DNA of 64,000 nt from positions 70,558,001-70,622,000 of the forward strand of contig NC_058368.1 of NCBI RefSeq assembly GCF_018350175.1, written 5' to 3'. A program made the translations under genes and the position numbers. The stretch's first letter is position 1, and every line of letters begins with the position of its first letter. Under the pieces are notes generated by a model. That model had not been told where the DNA came from. It saw only the letters and a list, made by a program, of their open reading frames with translations, and did not search any database. Source of the DNA: Felis catus. Its lineage: Eukaryota. Of the stretch, positions 11,671 through 24,865 are shown piece by piece.

Positions 11671-12029
11671 TAAAAAAGGGAGTACATATGATGAGCACTG
11701 AGTAATGTATAGAAATGTTGAATCACTGTATTGTACATCTGAAACTGATATAACACCATATGTTAATTATACTACTTCAAATAAAAGTAAATAAAAAAGA
11801 CTAGAATTATAGCCACTAGGTTATTCTTCTCATAATTACTATCCCATTTTGAAATAAATGATCATACAGCTGTTCAAGAATAAGGATTATTTTATGGCCC
11901 TCAATCGGATGAGACTTCCATGCTGTGCCAAGCACTGTGGCACATGCTGGAGGGTCCAGGAAGGTGCATTTCCTTCCCTTCTATGGGAGGTACTCTGTCT
12001 AGGAGGAGAGCCAGATGAGGGAGGCATAT

Positions 12030-12237
12030 ATTTTTTTTAATGTTTATTTTTGACAGAGGGAGAAAGACAGAGCATGAGTGGGGGAGGGGCAGAGAGAGAG
12101 GGAGATACAGAATCTAAAGCAGGCTCCAGGCTCCAAGCTATCAGCACAGAGCCCGATGCACGGCTTGAACTCACAGACCGCGAGATCATGACCTGAGCCG
12201 AAGTCGGACGCTCAACCAATTGAGCCACCCAGGCGCC
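12030..12237 (-). mobile_element. SINEC_Fc-type SINE
   Basis: Full-length body; TSD-like atgagggaggcat / atgagtgaggcat. Confidence 0.92.
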
Positions 12238-14120
12238 TCATGAGTGAGGCATTTGAAGCTGATCCACTGTTCTGCCTACATACATTGGCTGCCCTGTCTC
12301 CATCGTCCTTCTTGTAAGACTGAGAAAGATTGCGTCTGACACATCTATGTCTCCAGTCCTTATCCAGTGTCTGACACTTAGGTGCTCACTAGTTAGGGTT
12401 TTCCCTCTTCTAGTATTTGCTGTATTCTTGTAGATGCCTATAGATGCTGCTGCCATCTTTCAGATTTGTACTGTATGTTTGCTTTCACTCTGTTTTTGGA
12501 AGCAGAATTGAGAGGACAATGAGTGATTTTTTTTTTTTTAAATGATCTCTATCAGAGAAGGGAAAATTTTGTGCAAGAGGCCAAGAGCATTCTGTGTTTC
12601 CACAAAAGTGGAAATGAAAACGTTTCTTGCGTTTTTTGTTTTTTTTTTATGGTAAAGGTGTACTCATGCCACTCACCAAACACACAAAACAACAACAACA
12701 AAACTACAAAGGAAAAATAAAGGCTATATTGAGTCATTACGCCAAGCGTCTAATGATGAATGGGTGCGAGCGTGTTTCCAGACCATTCTCCTCATTCGTG
12801 TTCCCTGCCTAGCCCTTGCAGGAATGTGAGTGTGCAATCCTGGAGCTAGTTCCTGGAGATTAGAGACTGCTTCTTACTTATAGACATAGATGGAGCTCCT
12901 GTAGCTGGGCTGCTGCCTCATGTAGTGCCCAGGAGATTCACTGATTGACTGAAACAGTGAAACTGAGGGAGCCTGTAGGTCAGAGGAGGGAGCTTCGGGC
13001 TGCCCAGAGGAGCTGGAGTGGTGGCTACAGGAAAGAATTGGACTGTCACGTGCCAGAAGTGTTTCCTAAGCAGAAAAGTAGAAAGGACATTTAGGTTGAA
13101 AGAATGACTTGTGTCAGTGAATAGTCAAAAGAGCCTACTGTGCCCCAGGAGCATCTTTGGGGGTTGAGATAGTGGGGAGGAGCCAGACTGGGGGAAGGGA
13201 GAGAAAGACTACACTACATTATACTAATAAGAAACTACACTTACAAGCACGAACTGGAGGGCTTTGCTATTTCATGCTAATATTCACATTTCCTCTTTGG
13301 ATCTGGGGTGCCTGTGGAAGGATGGGTTTAAATAGGGGTATGACATGATCAGTGTTATGTTTTGTGTGTCAACAGTGTTAAGAGATGGACTGGAGAGAAA
13401 CAAGACTTTAATTAGAAAGACACTTCGTGACTTTTGAGTATGTCAAGTTGAAGGTATCAAATTGAGTTTCATAACCAAGGGGAAGGACAGGCTGACAGTT
13501 TGGGGACTCCATTTTCGTAATCCATGCCATGGAATGGCTCGAGACAATAACAAGGAGACACTGGAGTAAGAAGAGGCTATGGCCAGCCCTGGAGAGGGTA
13601 GAAGAAGAGTGGCAGGAGAAATCTGGGGGACCAGCAAGAACAGGTTTTAAGGTAGGGGGAAGAAGGGGTTTGAGGAAGGAAAGGCAGGAGTGGGAAGAGT
13701 GTCAAGTGCTGCGGTGATATAGTTGGACAGTGTGAGAGGAGACTTTGGGATGTGACCATGATAGATTACGTTTGTTGCTTTTGTGAAAATCTCTTTCATT
13801 AGATTTAAGTCATTCATGGGAAGAAAACACGGTGGCAACTTTAAATTTTCTCACAATGCCTGACAATTAGTAGATGCTGAACCACCTTTGCAATAGTTTT
13901 AGGAGAGTCGATAAGTGTTTAGATAGAGTTTTCATAAAGTGTTATATATTATATAAGTACAAATTATTTCAGATGTGATGCACATGTAGAATCTAGTTTG
14001 TATATCTAAGACCATGCTTTCAGATAGAAATAAGCAGTGTTGCTTCAAATATATATTTGCTATTGGTATTTTAAGTTGAGTATTATACTATAGTGATTTT
14101 TTGTTTGTTTGTTTGCATAG

Positions 14121-14244
14121 CCTGGCACCTGTGTTTGCTCTGTTTGTACCATTTTACTGCTCCATACCGAGAGTCCAAGTGGCACAAATTCTGGGCCCGT
14201 TGTCCATCACAAACAAGACATTGATTTATATATTGGGACTACAG
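14121..14244 (+). CDS. UBAC2: UBAC2 internal coding exon (human exon 5 equivalent), rhomboid-like membrane region: (x)LAPVFALFVPFYCSIPRVQVAQILGPLSITNKTLIYILGLQ
   Basis: Acceptor ttgcatag| at 14119-14120 and donor cag|gtacag at 14245. Length 124 nt, phase 2 to phase 0. Peptide recognised as UBAC2 and continues in frame into the next exon. Confidence 0.95.
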
Positions 14245-15251
14245 GTACAGTATGCATTTTTATGTTCATGTTTCTTTAACCAAATCTCTTTTTTTGGTAT
14301 GGGGGGGATGTCTTTTTCTCATTTGATCTCCTTGAAAACAATGTTTTTTTCCCCATAAGTTTGGCTTCATGATCTATATCAAATGTTCAAAGGAAGTGTT
14401 ACAGAACAAGAACATCAAGGTATATAATGTACTAGAATACTTTCATAGTCGTTAGAAATCTGATAAGAGCTTTCACTGTAATTTGTATCAGTGGAAAATA
14501 TTTTAATTTCATTGTACAATTCCGTGTAAGTACCTTTTACAAATCACAGTATGAAGTGGAAACAAATGAGACCCGTCAAAAGATGGAAAGTGGAAATTCA
14601 CTGTCAAAATTAATGAGTACAGTGTTACAAATAGAGCGCTGAAGAAGAAACCAGACATGCCTTACCAACTTTATAACTTCTGTGCTGTATGGCCACTTTG
14701 CTAAGTGGTTTGATTCGAAGACCTTCGAGAGTTCCTATTGTTTGATCTGAATTGAAAAAGGTTATGTTCACCAATATCCAGTGCCATTGACCTACCTCTG
14801 CTGGGTTCCAGGCCAAGTGACAGAAGAGACACGATTTTCATTTTCTCCCTGTAATACTCCTCACTTTTCTTTCATTCTTAGAGCTTTTGATGTGAACTTT
14901 TATTCTGCTTTTTCCTGCAGCACCATGGCCTTTTGATCCACTGTTAATACTCATAACATTCCTTATCCCACATATATCAAACCGGATACTAGTGTCTCTG
15001 TCAAATGCCCTCCTCCCTCCCCTTTTAACCTTTGATATTTCCTCCAACCTGTCTAGCGTGCTGTCAGGTGTTATCAATGGTTCATCTGGGGTGAGTGTTT
15101 CCTCACCACTTTTACAACTGTTTCTCATGAAATCTATATTCTTCATCTCTCAACCTGCATACAATTACTCTCCCTTATCCTTCTTAATGTATCACCTAAT
15201 AGCACTTTTCTGCAGTTTATTCTTACTGCTAGGATTTGCAGTGGCAGTTTA

Positions 15252-15700
15252 CTTTTTTAAAGATTTTAGTTTGTGGGTTTTTTTTTTTGAGAGAGAGAGA
15301 GAGAGAGAGAGAGTGAGGGAGAGGGGCAGAGAGACAGAAAGAGAGAGCGAATCTTTTAAAAAAAAATGTGGATTTATTTTTCACAGACACAGAGTATGAG
15401 CGGGGGGAGGGGTAGAGAGTGAGAGGAAGACACAGAATCCGAAGCAGGCTCCAGACTCAGAGCTGTTAGCACAGGGCTCAACGTGGAGCTCAAACCCACG
15501 AACTATGAGATCATGACCTGAGCTCAAGTCAGACACTCAACCGATTGAGCCACCCTGGTGCCCCATAGAGAGAGAATCTTAAGCAGGCTGCATGCCCAGT
15601 GCAGAGCCCAACATGGAGTTCAGTCTCAGGACCCTGAGATCATGACCTGAGCCAAAATCAAGAGTCAGATGCTTAACTGAGTGAGCCACCCACGCACCAC
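15252..15700 (-). mobile_element. Nested SINEC pair (inner copy about 15355-15564 in the GA linker of the outer copy)
   Basis: Inner TSD agagagcgaatctt / agagagagaatctt; outer copy flanked by gtttactttttt on both sides. Confidence 0.88.
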
Positions 15701-16218
15701 GCATGTTTACTTTTTAAAAAGAGTTACAGCAGAAGGCAGAATGCAGTGATAGAAGAGTACCCTGGACCTGGGGCAGGAAACCCAAGTTCTAGTTTAGCAA
15801 GGAGATGAGACTTGGGTCAGTTTTGAAAACACTCGGAGCCTTTTGTTGACTCTATAGTGCCTTATATAACTAAAGTTATAGAGCATCCTTGAGGGTGAAA
15901 AATGTTGTTTTATTGATTATGGTGTAGGCATTAAGTGGAGCATTATGGAAGGTCTTTGGAGCCAAGTGGACTTTGGTTTGATTACTTGTTTTGGTAGTTA
16001 TTTGCTTTGACACTTTTCTGAGCTTCCATTTGCCCATCCATAAAGTGGGGATGATAATGTCTATCTTACAAGGTTCCTTGAAGGATTAGAGATAATACTG
16101 TTGGTCGGTCAAGATAATCCAAACAGATAGTAAGAACTAAGTCATTTGGTTCCAATATTAATAATTTCTGTCTCTCTTGGTTTTTCTGAGATTGTGAATG
16201 TTATCTTTTTCTTTTTTT

Positions 16219-16258
<40 letters not shown>

Positions 16259-16829
16259 GTGAGGTAGAAGTTAGTATCGGGAAATAGAGGTGGAGATGCC
16301 TCATTGGCTTTTGATAACATCTAAAGTCCTTACCATAAATGGCATCCAGGGTTCTTTTTGCCTATTCAGTATCAACTCCCACCACTCCCCACCTTGATGT
16401 GAATGGGGACCCCTTTTTCTCTAAGTTTCTATTCTCTCCCTACCTCCCTCCTCCCTTGAACTTCACATATGTTTCTGTGTCTTTCTGTCTCCTGTATAAC
16501 ACTTTTTGAAGCCAGGGACATTGGATGAATGAATGAATGAATGAATGATTGAATGATTTTAATTATTATCAGATGAGCAAAAATGTTTCTGAAGGTATCA
16601 GATGGCTTGAGAGCCAGTCACATAATGCCCTATGCTGGGGGCTGTGGAAGATAAAATGAAGTATGAGATGTAGCACCCTTGTCCTCAAGGAGCCCAGCAG
16701 TGAGAAAAAACATACCTACTGTTAAAACATGAGCAGACACAATTGGGACCAAACATGCAATAAGATGAGGGGCTTAAGAGTCCAAAGGAAATAATTTTTT
16801 ATTGACGGAATTAATGATATGCTCTTCTT

Positions 16830-17075
16830 ACTCATGTATGAGACATGACAGCTTGGAGGTCATGATCACTGGGCGGCAGAGCCAGACCTCTTGGGTACAC
16901 TGCCAGCTGTCTGATCTTAGCAGGTTACTTAACCTCTCCGTTTTTATGATTAAAATAGAGTTAATAATAGAACTTACCTTGTAGGGTGATTAGGAGGATT
17001 CAATAACTTTAATATATGAAAAGCGTTAAGATCGATGCTTGGCACATAGTAAGTGCTATGAAAGTGTTAGCTAAA
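16830..17075 (+). mobile_element. MIR
   Basis: gcaggttacttaacctctc...ttggcacatagtaagtgct motif. Confidence 0.75.
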
Positions 17076-17368
17076 AGTGAACAAACAAAAATAAAATAAA
17101 ATAACGGCAAAAAAGTGTTAGCTATTTTATTATTCTTTATATTTTTAGAATAAAACTACAGAAAAATATTTTTCCACATAGTTTTCATCCTTTTTATTTT
17201 CAAAGTCGGTTACACTAGGTAAAAGGATTAAATTTTAGATCAAGGGATTAAATTTAAATTTGCAACCAGTGCTCCTTTCTCTGTAAGGTAGCACTAAGAA
17301 CAAAATTTGTCAGCCTCCTTTTTGCCTGTACTTTGTCTTTTCTTACCTTTGTATCTCTCTTCTGTTTA

Positions 17369-17371
<3 letters not shown>

Positions 17372-17425
<54 letters not shown>
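17372..17425. repeat. (CT)n microsatellite
   Basis: Directly visible. Confidence 0.97.
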
Positions 17426-17427
<2 letters not shown>

Positions 17428-18298
17428 ATAGATCCTTGATAAATGTGCAGAACTTTGAGATTTCCATTTAGCACAGTGTCTGTACTTAACCCCTGGTCAT
17501 GCTTCTTTGTCTAGGAGCAGAAGTCCTCATACACCCAATATAATGGTATAAATATGAACAAACAGTAGGTTCTAGATCTTTCCCTTCTCACAGCAACATT
17601 TTGAATGTCTTACAACTTTTTTTTGTTTAACCTCAGCACAACTCTCCCATGTAAATGATTTGGAAAACAAAGGGAGAGATTTTACGAGGCTTAATTCTGA
17701 TTACTTTTGCATGGATTAACTTCAGTGTCATTGTCTAGTTTGCTCTTCCCTGAGTGGTCTGGAATGAGAGGCACAGCAGGTAAGCCGAGCAGCCCTGGAC
17801 ATGCCTGTGTGCTCACACAAGTTGGCCCGTCCAAAATTAGAGTGGCAGTGATGAGAAATTAAAATGAGAGAACTGTGGAAACTAATGTCACCTGCCATTA
17901 CTCAGCACCAGGCATGGGATGGTGGCTACGCATTTTGTATGTTGTTGATTGTAATAATTGCTTGGTATGTGGTATTTTGCTTTGTTTAAATCAATTAATG
18001 TCCATTTATAAATAAGAATATGCTTGAATTTAACTTATTTTTCTTTGCACAGGAGTGGGTTAGGTGCAACCAGTCTATTTTAGGCTATGGGAAGGCTGAG
18101 AGCTTGGTTTAAAAAAAAGAAAAAGTATATCATTTTCTTTTGGATGACAGAATTGATACTTATTAATTTTCTACTTGTTTATATTAAGAGATATACAATT
18201 ACTATTTAAATGGTTATCACTGTAGTTACGTAAACAGAAGTATGCTGTGACTGGCGGTTGAATTTAATTTTTAGTTGCCTTTTTTTTTTCTTTTATAG

Positions 18299-18346
18299 CT
18301 TTTCACCTCTGGTTCCTACATCTGGATTATAGCCATAAGTGGACTT
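18299..18346 (+). CDS. UBAC2: UBAC2 coding exon (exon 6 equivalent): LFTSGSYIWIIAISGL
   Basis: Long polypyrimidine tract ending ttttatag|, donor ctt|gtaagt. Length 48 nt, phase 0-0. Too short for the ORF track, so read manually. Confidence 0.95.
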
Positions 18347-18594
18347 GTAAGTGTGATTTCCCTCCCCCTAAACTCACTTTTCTGAAGCAAGTTTAGGGAA
18401 AATGTCACCTTTGGATTATGGGTATATTCACTGGTCTCCAACATTCTTTTAACTATGTCAGCTCCGTCTCAGTGCTGCTTCCTTAGTAATGCAGAGGGGC
18501 CAGTTACATCAACAGTTAAGATGAAGGGGGCCAGTTTGTCTCAGTTTTCAAGAGACATTAATTTTGATGAAAGTTTTAGCTGAGTTTCTTGTTA

Positions 18595-19011
18595 ATTTTT
18601 TTTTTCAAAAAAAAATTTTTAATTAATTTATTTGAGACAGAGAGAGAACAAGCAGGGGAGGGGCAGAGAGAGAGGGAGGCAGAGGATCCGAAGCGGGCTC
18701 TGTGCTGACAGAAGAGAGCCCAGTGCGGGGCTCGAACTCACAAACCTTGAGATCATGACTTGAGCCTAAGTTGGACGCCTAACCGACTGAGCCACCCAGG
18801 CGCCCCTCAAATTTTTTTAAGTCTATTTATTTATTTTGAGAGAGTGTGAGCAGGGGAGGGGCAGGGAGAGAGGAAGAGAGAGAATCAGAAGCAGGCTCTG
18901 TACTGTCAGCGTGGAGCCCGATGCAGGGCTCGAATTCATAAACAGTGAGATCGTGACCTGAGCTGAAATCAAGAGTTGGACCTTTAACTGGCTGAGTCAC
19001 CCCAGTGCCCC
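18595..19011 (-). mobile_element. Two adjacent SINECs (about 18595-18806 and 18810-19011)
   Basis: Two reverse-oriented SINE bodies, each with T-rich tail and tRNA-like head. Confidence 0.9.
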
Positions 19012-20642
19012 TCTTGTTACTGTTTTTTAAAATTACCTTAGCAGTCGAACTCATAGTAGAAAAAAAATGACAAAAAAAATTGAAGTTGGACTTACTAAAA
19101 ATAACCAGAGATGTTCTTGTTTTGTGAAGAGACATTGTCATGCAAGGGGAAAATAAGGCAAAATGGAAAGTCAGGTGGACTAGAACTGGCAGGAGAATCG
19201 TCTGGGTGGTGGCCAGGGAAGGCGGCAGAGATGAGCTGAAGGGTTTGGGCTGCGTCCTCACCTGTGCACTGGAATGGCTTCATCCCACCCATCCCCTGCT
19301 GTGCTATTTTATCAAGCATTTGTCTTAAACTGTATTCATGAGATATTTAAAAAGACATCTAGAACGTGAAGTTGTTTTATTTTTCATCCATAACTTAAAT
19401 TTGTACTCCCAAGCTTATATAAAAATAAGTTTATACTTAATGTGTATGGAATATAGTTTTAATTTTTTTCTTGGGGAAGATTAATGAAGAAGGGATTTAT
19501 CGTGATATATATAGCATCACGGGGAAAGGATTTGGAAATAACCATGCACTCCCCTGCAGACTTTTTCGGTGTTATGATTTAGTCTTATTTCCTGGTGGGT
19601 GGGATTTGGGCCCCTGTGTTGTTACTTTAGACCTGCTCACCTCTCCTTCCTTTATGCACTCTGTACAGTTTCTTCTGTGTGCTCATTCTTTTCATTTACA
19701 ATTTAGTCCTTCATTCTCCAGGCTGCCAGCCCACATCCTGAGGGTTGAAGTCACTTTGTTTCTGCCTCCAGAAATACCTGTCTCAGGCACCCAGATAACA
19801 CAGGCCCACAGAGCTGACCTCCATTATGTGGTCTTCAAACCATCCAAGCCTCTTGTGTTCCTAAGACTTCATAGTGACTGGTGACAGTGTGGGATCAGAC
19901 TGCATCTGTGGGGCATGGTCACCAAGCTCTCTCTTAATCTCCTAATCTCCTCCCACTTGAACTGTCAGTTTGATTAACAGCTACTTCACTAGCCTGCAAA
20001 CAATAGATAGTGCGATGCTCTCATAATAAGAGCAGCATGATGGTCTACTATTTCTTTCCTGATACATTTTGTTTCTTTTAGCAGTAAATGGTCTTGAGTC
20101 CTGTTTTCAGTATTTTCCTGAAGCATTCAAGAATTTGAGAAGTACCGGACTGACTATATGCTATTTCACTGTGCTGGTTTACTATTGATTGATTGGGTTG
20201 TATTATCCAAATCCTTCTTTAATCACTCATTATGTGACATTTGTTTTGAAACATTTCATTTTGTTTCTTTATTGTTTTCAGACTTCTGGTTTTAAATCAA
20301 GTGCTTGCTATCACCCCAGAAAGTTTCATTTTGTGGCATTCAGTGCTCTAGAATTGGAGGTTGCATTTTTTCATTTCTTTGTAGTCTTTTTAAAATCTAA
20401 AATATGCGTGTCATGATCACAGTCTTTTCCAGTACATGTTTGACAGGTAGTAGGTACTTGTTTAAATTTCTTACAGTGAAGTTTTTAATTCCAGTATAGT
20501 AAACATACAGTGTTATATTAGTTTGGGGTGTCTTGTCGTGATAAGAACTGTGTGATGTATGGGATTGTTGGATTTTTTCTTTTTAAGAGTCAGAAGTTTA
20601 ACAAATTTTTAACATAAAAATCCCTTAAGAAGAGTAAATAGA

Positions 20643-21044
20643 GGGGCACCTGGGTGGCTCAGTCGGTTAAGCATCCGACTTCGGCTCAGGTCATGATCTC
20701 ACGGTTCGTGGGTTTGACCCCTGCATCAGGCTCTCTGCTGTCAGCACAGAGCCTGCTTTGGATCCTCTGTCCCCCTCTATTTCTTCCCCTCCCCAGCTTG
20801 TGCTTTCTCTATCTCTGTCTCTCTCAAAAATAAATAAACTTAGGGGCACCTGGGTGGTGCAGTCGGTTAAGCGTCCGACTTCAGCCAGGTCACGATCTCG
20901 CGGTCCGTGAGTTCGAGCCCCGCGTCGGGCTCTGGGCTGATGGCTCAGAGCCTGGAGCCTGTCTCGGATTCTGTGTCTCCCTCTCTCTCTGCCCCTCGCC
21001 CGTTCATGCTCTGTCTCTCTCTGTCCCAAAAATAAACGTTGAAA

Positions 21045-21091
<47 letters not shown>

Positions 21092-21123
21092 ACAAACAAA
21101 CAAACTTAAACAAAAAGAGGAAG
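20643..21123 (+). mobile_element. SINEC (20643-20842) with a younger SINEC_Fc (20843-about 21096) inserted in its tail, ending in (TAAA)n
   Basis: Outer TSD aagaagagtaaatag (20627-20641, 21124-21138); inner TSD aaataaactta / aaacaaactta. Confidence 0.92.
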
Positions 21124-23534
21124 AAGAAGAGTAAATAGCATTGCACAGTATTTGGAATATAATTCCCAGAATTTAGCATTTAAACAGTCTACCTATTCAT
21201 GAACACCTCTGAGCCCATTGAATTTTCACTTTTAACAGTAATTAATTCAGCCTATGTTGACCTACAATGAACACAAATCTGACAAATATTCATTTCAGTT
21301 TTGTTCTTCATTATTATTCCATCATAATTAGATGATATTATGTTTATTTACAGTGATTAATATCACTGATAATCATAGCCAGTGTTCCTTTCCTTCATGC
21401 CTTACAGTAATGTTGGTGTTTGTATTGAATTTAATGAATATTTTATTTCTGACTTTTTCCAAAAAGACATGTTTTTATTATGAAACATTTAATATAATAT
21501 AGTACACTTTAGATACAGATAATTATAAAGGATATTAAAATTATTTGTGAATGTTCGGTTTACACATTACTTGATTATAGAATCAGGGTCTGAGATTCAC
21601 AAAGCCACAGCTTGTCCCAGATGTCTATTGCTCAACGTGACTTCTCTCCCATGTATATCAAGTGACTTCCCCTTTTTTTTTTTTCTTAATCCTACATCAA
21701 ATGCTAAAAAATAAAATAAAATTCTTACTACAAAAAGAACTGCACAGATGGTATTGAGTGTTCTGGGGGCATATTAGGAAACCTGTTAATGAAATTTCAC
21801 CTTCCAGCATTGAAACCAATAGTTCTCCTGACATACTGTGTGTGTTAAGGAAGTGATTTTATTTCAATCTGGCCATTCTGTGTTGTTTAGGAGAAGGAGC
21901 TTTTTTTTGAAGAAGACATTTGTGTAAAACATAAGTCATGTGTATCTGCTGTCATAGAAACCACAAACTTTACTCATGCTTTTCTGGAAAGCTGCCAACT
22001 TCAGATTTATTTTATTTAGTTACTGGTGGGTTTATTTTGGGTAGGCTAGTTTTTAATCTCTCCTTGTGTTATTTATTCTTGCACGATTATAAATGTTTCT
22101 GAATATAAAACTTTAAAATACCTCACTGACTGAAAGGAGAGTGGTTGATAGAGTTGAGTCAGGACAGCACTTACTTAAGTAGGAGCCTGCTTTCTGTCTT
22201 CAGTGATGTCACAGAGAAAAGGAGGACTAAATTTTTTTCCTAGGTTGAGAGGGGAAGAGTATTTAGCTTTCCAGGGGCAGTACTAAGTCAGTTGCCTAGG
22301 ACAGCTGTCACTCTTCAGTTCTGTTTTGTGATCCAGCCCAGATTCCACCTGCTGCCCAGAAAGGGTCAGGGGCATTCAGGTTTGCTTAAAGATTACTTCG
22401 AGATTATTCACATGTGTCATGAATACGTATTTTATGTTGTATTGTTTCTCCTTTGTTAATTCTGGTTTTTAATACCAACATTTAATATTTAAAATAACAA
22501 CCGTTTCCATGAAAGATCATAAAATTGTAATTGGAAAGCTTGGCTACAATAGCCAAGTGAAATATCTCAGTGCAAGCACGAACTTCGAGGTGTTAGTGGC
22601 CACCTGCTTCCATCACATTTTCACTGTCATATTTGTCTTCTTAAGGTCTCTGGTGAGCAGCCTTCAGAAATTGGGGGCATTCTTTATATAGTAACAAGTT
22701 CTCTGGTCTTGTTACACATTAATACTTTTTCTCCTTAGAGACCATGTTGTTTCCTTACTGAACTTTATTTAAGTTCTTTCTGTGCTTCTGCAGAGAGCCT
22801 TTGGGCCATCCGTATCCCTGTACTTCTTCATTTTCTGCCATTTTATGAATCATAGAGTAGTGAGTCATCACCACTGGGATGTACCCTAATTCTCAAAAGT
22901 TGAAGTCTCGGGCCTGAGCTGATTCTGGAATGATTAAAACAGAAAGAGCCTGCTTTCGCCAATTTTCTTTTTACAGTTCATATATTTATCGTCATTTGGT
23001 CCTCTTTTGAACTCTCTGGGGACAAATTAAGAGACAGGCCTATATTTTTCAGACTCCAGGCTTATCCCCTTCAGCTATCCTTTACGGCCTGCCTGTTTCC
23101 TGCATTCTTTCCCTGTTCTCTACAATATGTCAGACTTTGATTAGCTTATGATCAAGCAACCTAATGGGAGAAAAAAAAAAAATCTGCCCTACCCAAAAAT
23201 AAGATTAGAAACATAGATTGATGGCAGATTATTTAGAACTTGGAATGTGGTTTGAGTTTGTATTTCCTTCTGTAGGCATTGGGGATCTTTAAAGCTTTTC
23301 AAACAAACAAAAAAAAGCCTCACAATGGTGGGAGATTACAGAAGTCTCATTAGGGTTTGTAAATCATGAAAAAGAGGAAGGGAAAAGTGAGCAATCCTGT
23401 AGAAGTCAGGATGCCTCATTTGTGGGCTGTGATTGCTTTTTTACTCATCCATCCACAATAGTTTTAAAGAAAAAATATAAGACATTGTCTTATGGTAGCT
23501 GAAAAAGAAAAAGCATCAGACAGAACCTTATGGA

Positions 23535-23690
23535 TTTTTTAAAAAACAATGTTTATTTACTTATTTGAGAGAGAGAGAGAGAGAGAATCCCAAGCAGTGA
23601 CGCAGCACTCGATCCCACAAATGTGAGATCATGACCTGAGCCGAAATGAAGAGTTGAACGCTTAACCAACTGAGCCAGTGAAGCGTCCCC
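23535..23690 (-). mobile_element. CanSINE (internally shortened)
   Basis: TSD cagaaccttatg at 23521-23532 and 23690-23701. Confidence 0.88.
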
Positions 23691-24865
23691 AGAACCTTAT
23701 GTTGATTGGCTTTCCAAGTCATGGTATAACGTTAAGGGGAAAGCTTATGGAACTAGCATGATCTGTGGAGATCTAAACTCTTTGGAGTTAAGTTTGGAGC
23801 CCTGACTACTCCCTGGTAAATGAGAATGGTGTGTTGGGTCCTCTGTTCCTTTTCCTCCTTTTCGTGTCTTTTTCTTCTCTTCACGCTTCCTTTTTTTCTT
23901 TCTTCCCTTCTGTTTCTTCTCTGGATTGACCAAAGAATGGTACAATAGAGTGGGTCCGAAAACTCATCTGATGCCTAAGGTTTTCAGTTCATTGAACTGA
24001 GGGCAGACCCAGCAGAGAGAAGTCAAGGCTGGATAGAGCTGGGAAGTTGGCTGGGCTTGTGGAAGGGCCATGTGTAGAAGTGTAAGACGGTAGTGACTTC
24101 CCAGGAACATCCAGACGTACAGGGTGCTTTCACCTTCTTGCAGTTAACATGGTGCTTATAATCCCAACACCAAATGGAGTGCTTATCGGCGTATCACACA
24201 TCACAAGCACACGTTGTCTCTCTCGTATGGATTCATTTGTTCCTCCTCCTTTAGCCCCCTTTCCTCCCCTTCCTCTCTCTGCCCCTCTCACCCATCCTGA
24301 CTGCATGTAGCCAGGACCTACTGAAAGAACCCTTTTGTCCTCTACCATGGCGTGACAATTGTCACTGAGTTCAGGGCTGACAGTACGAAGGTCCTGTTAG
24401 GCGTCCACAGGGAGGGAATGTCCAGTAGGCTTGATTTTTACATGCTCAGTGTAGAATCAATGAACTTATTATCACCAGTGTCTTGATAAAGCTGTCACAG
24501 AAGTGCTTATAAAATACAGGTGTTAAATTTTTATTGCTGCACTTTATCTTTCACCTGTAGGCAAACACCTAGCCTCCTTTCAAAATTTGGCCTCACGTAC
24601 CAGTCTGTCCCCTATGTGCCATATACTTCAGAGAAACTGGCTAAGTTTGACTCTTCCCGAACATCTTGTCCTATCTTGGGATTCTGTGCCATTAAGTCGT
24701 CACTTATTCTTTACTTCGTACCATGCGCTTGTAGGAGATTATGTTATTTCTTCAAATACTTTTGCTTGCTCGAAGTATGTGCTGCCCTTCTCTAGTGAGG
24801 GCCGCCCTGCGGGGCTTCCCGTGCTCTGTCAACATCAGCCTCTACTCTGTGACTCAGGTTAGCCA

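Larger units (their letters stand above)
9805..11800 (+). mobile_element. 5'-truncated carnivore L1 (ORF2 C-terminus and 3' UTR) with nested insertions
   Basis: Frameshifted ORF2 remnants ([40 protein letters not shown]). Carnivore-type 3' UTR gatgagcactgagtaatgtataga and A-rich tail near 11780-11800. Confidence 0.9.

Noticed and set aside
14101..14358. Stand-alone 85-aa membrane protein
   Set aside because: It is UBAC2 exon 5 plus intronic read-through.
20643..20720. Functional tRNA genes (here and at other SINE heads)
   Set aside because: The tRNA-like heads are followed by CT linkers, poly-A and TSDs, so they are CanSINEs.
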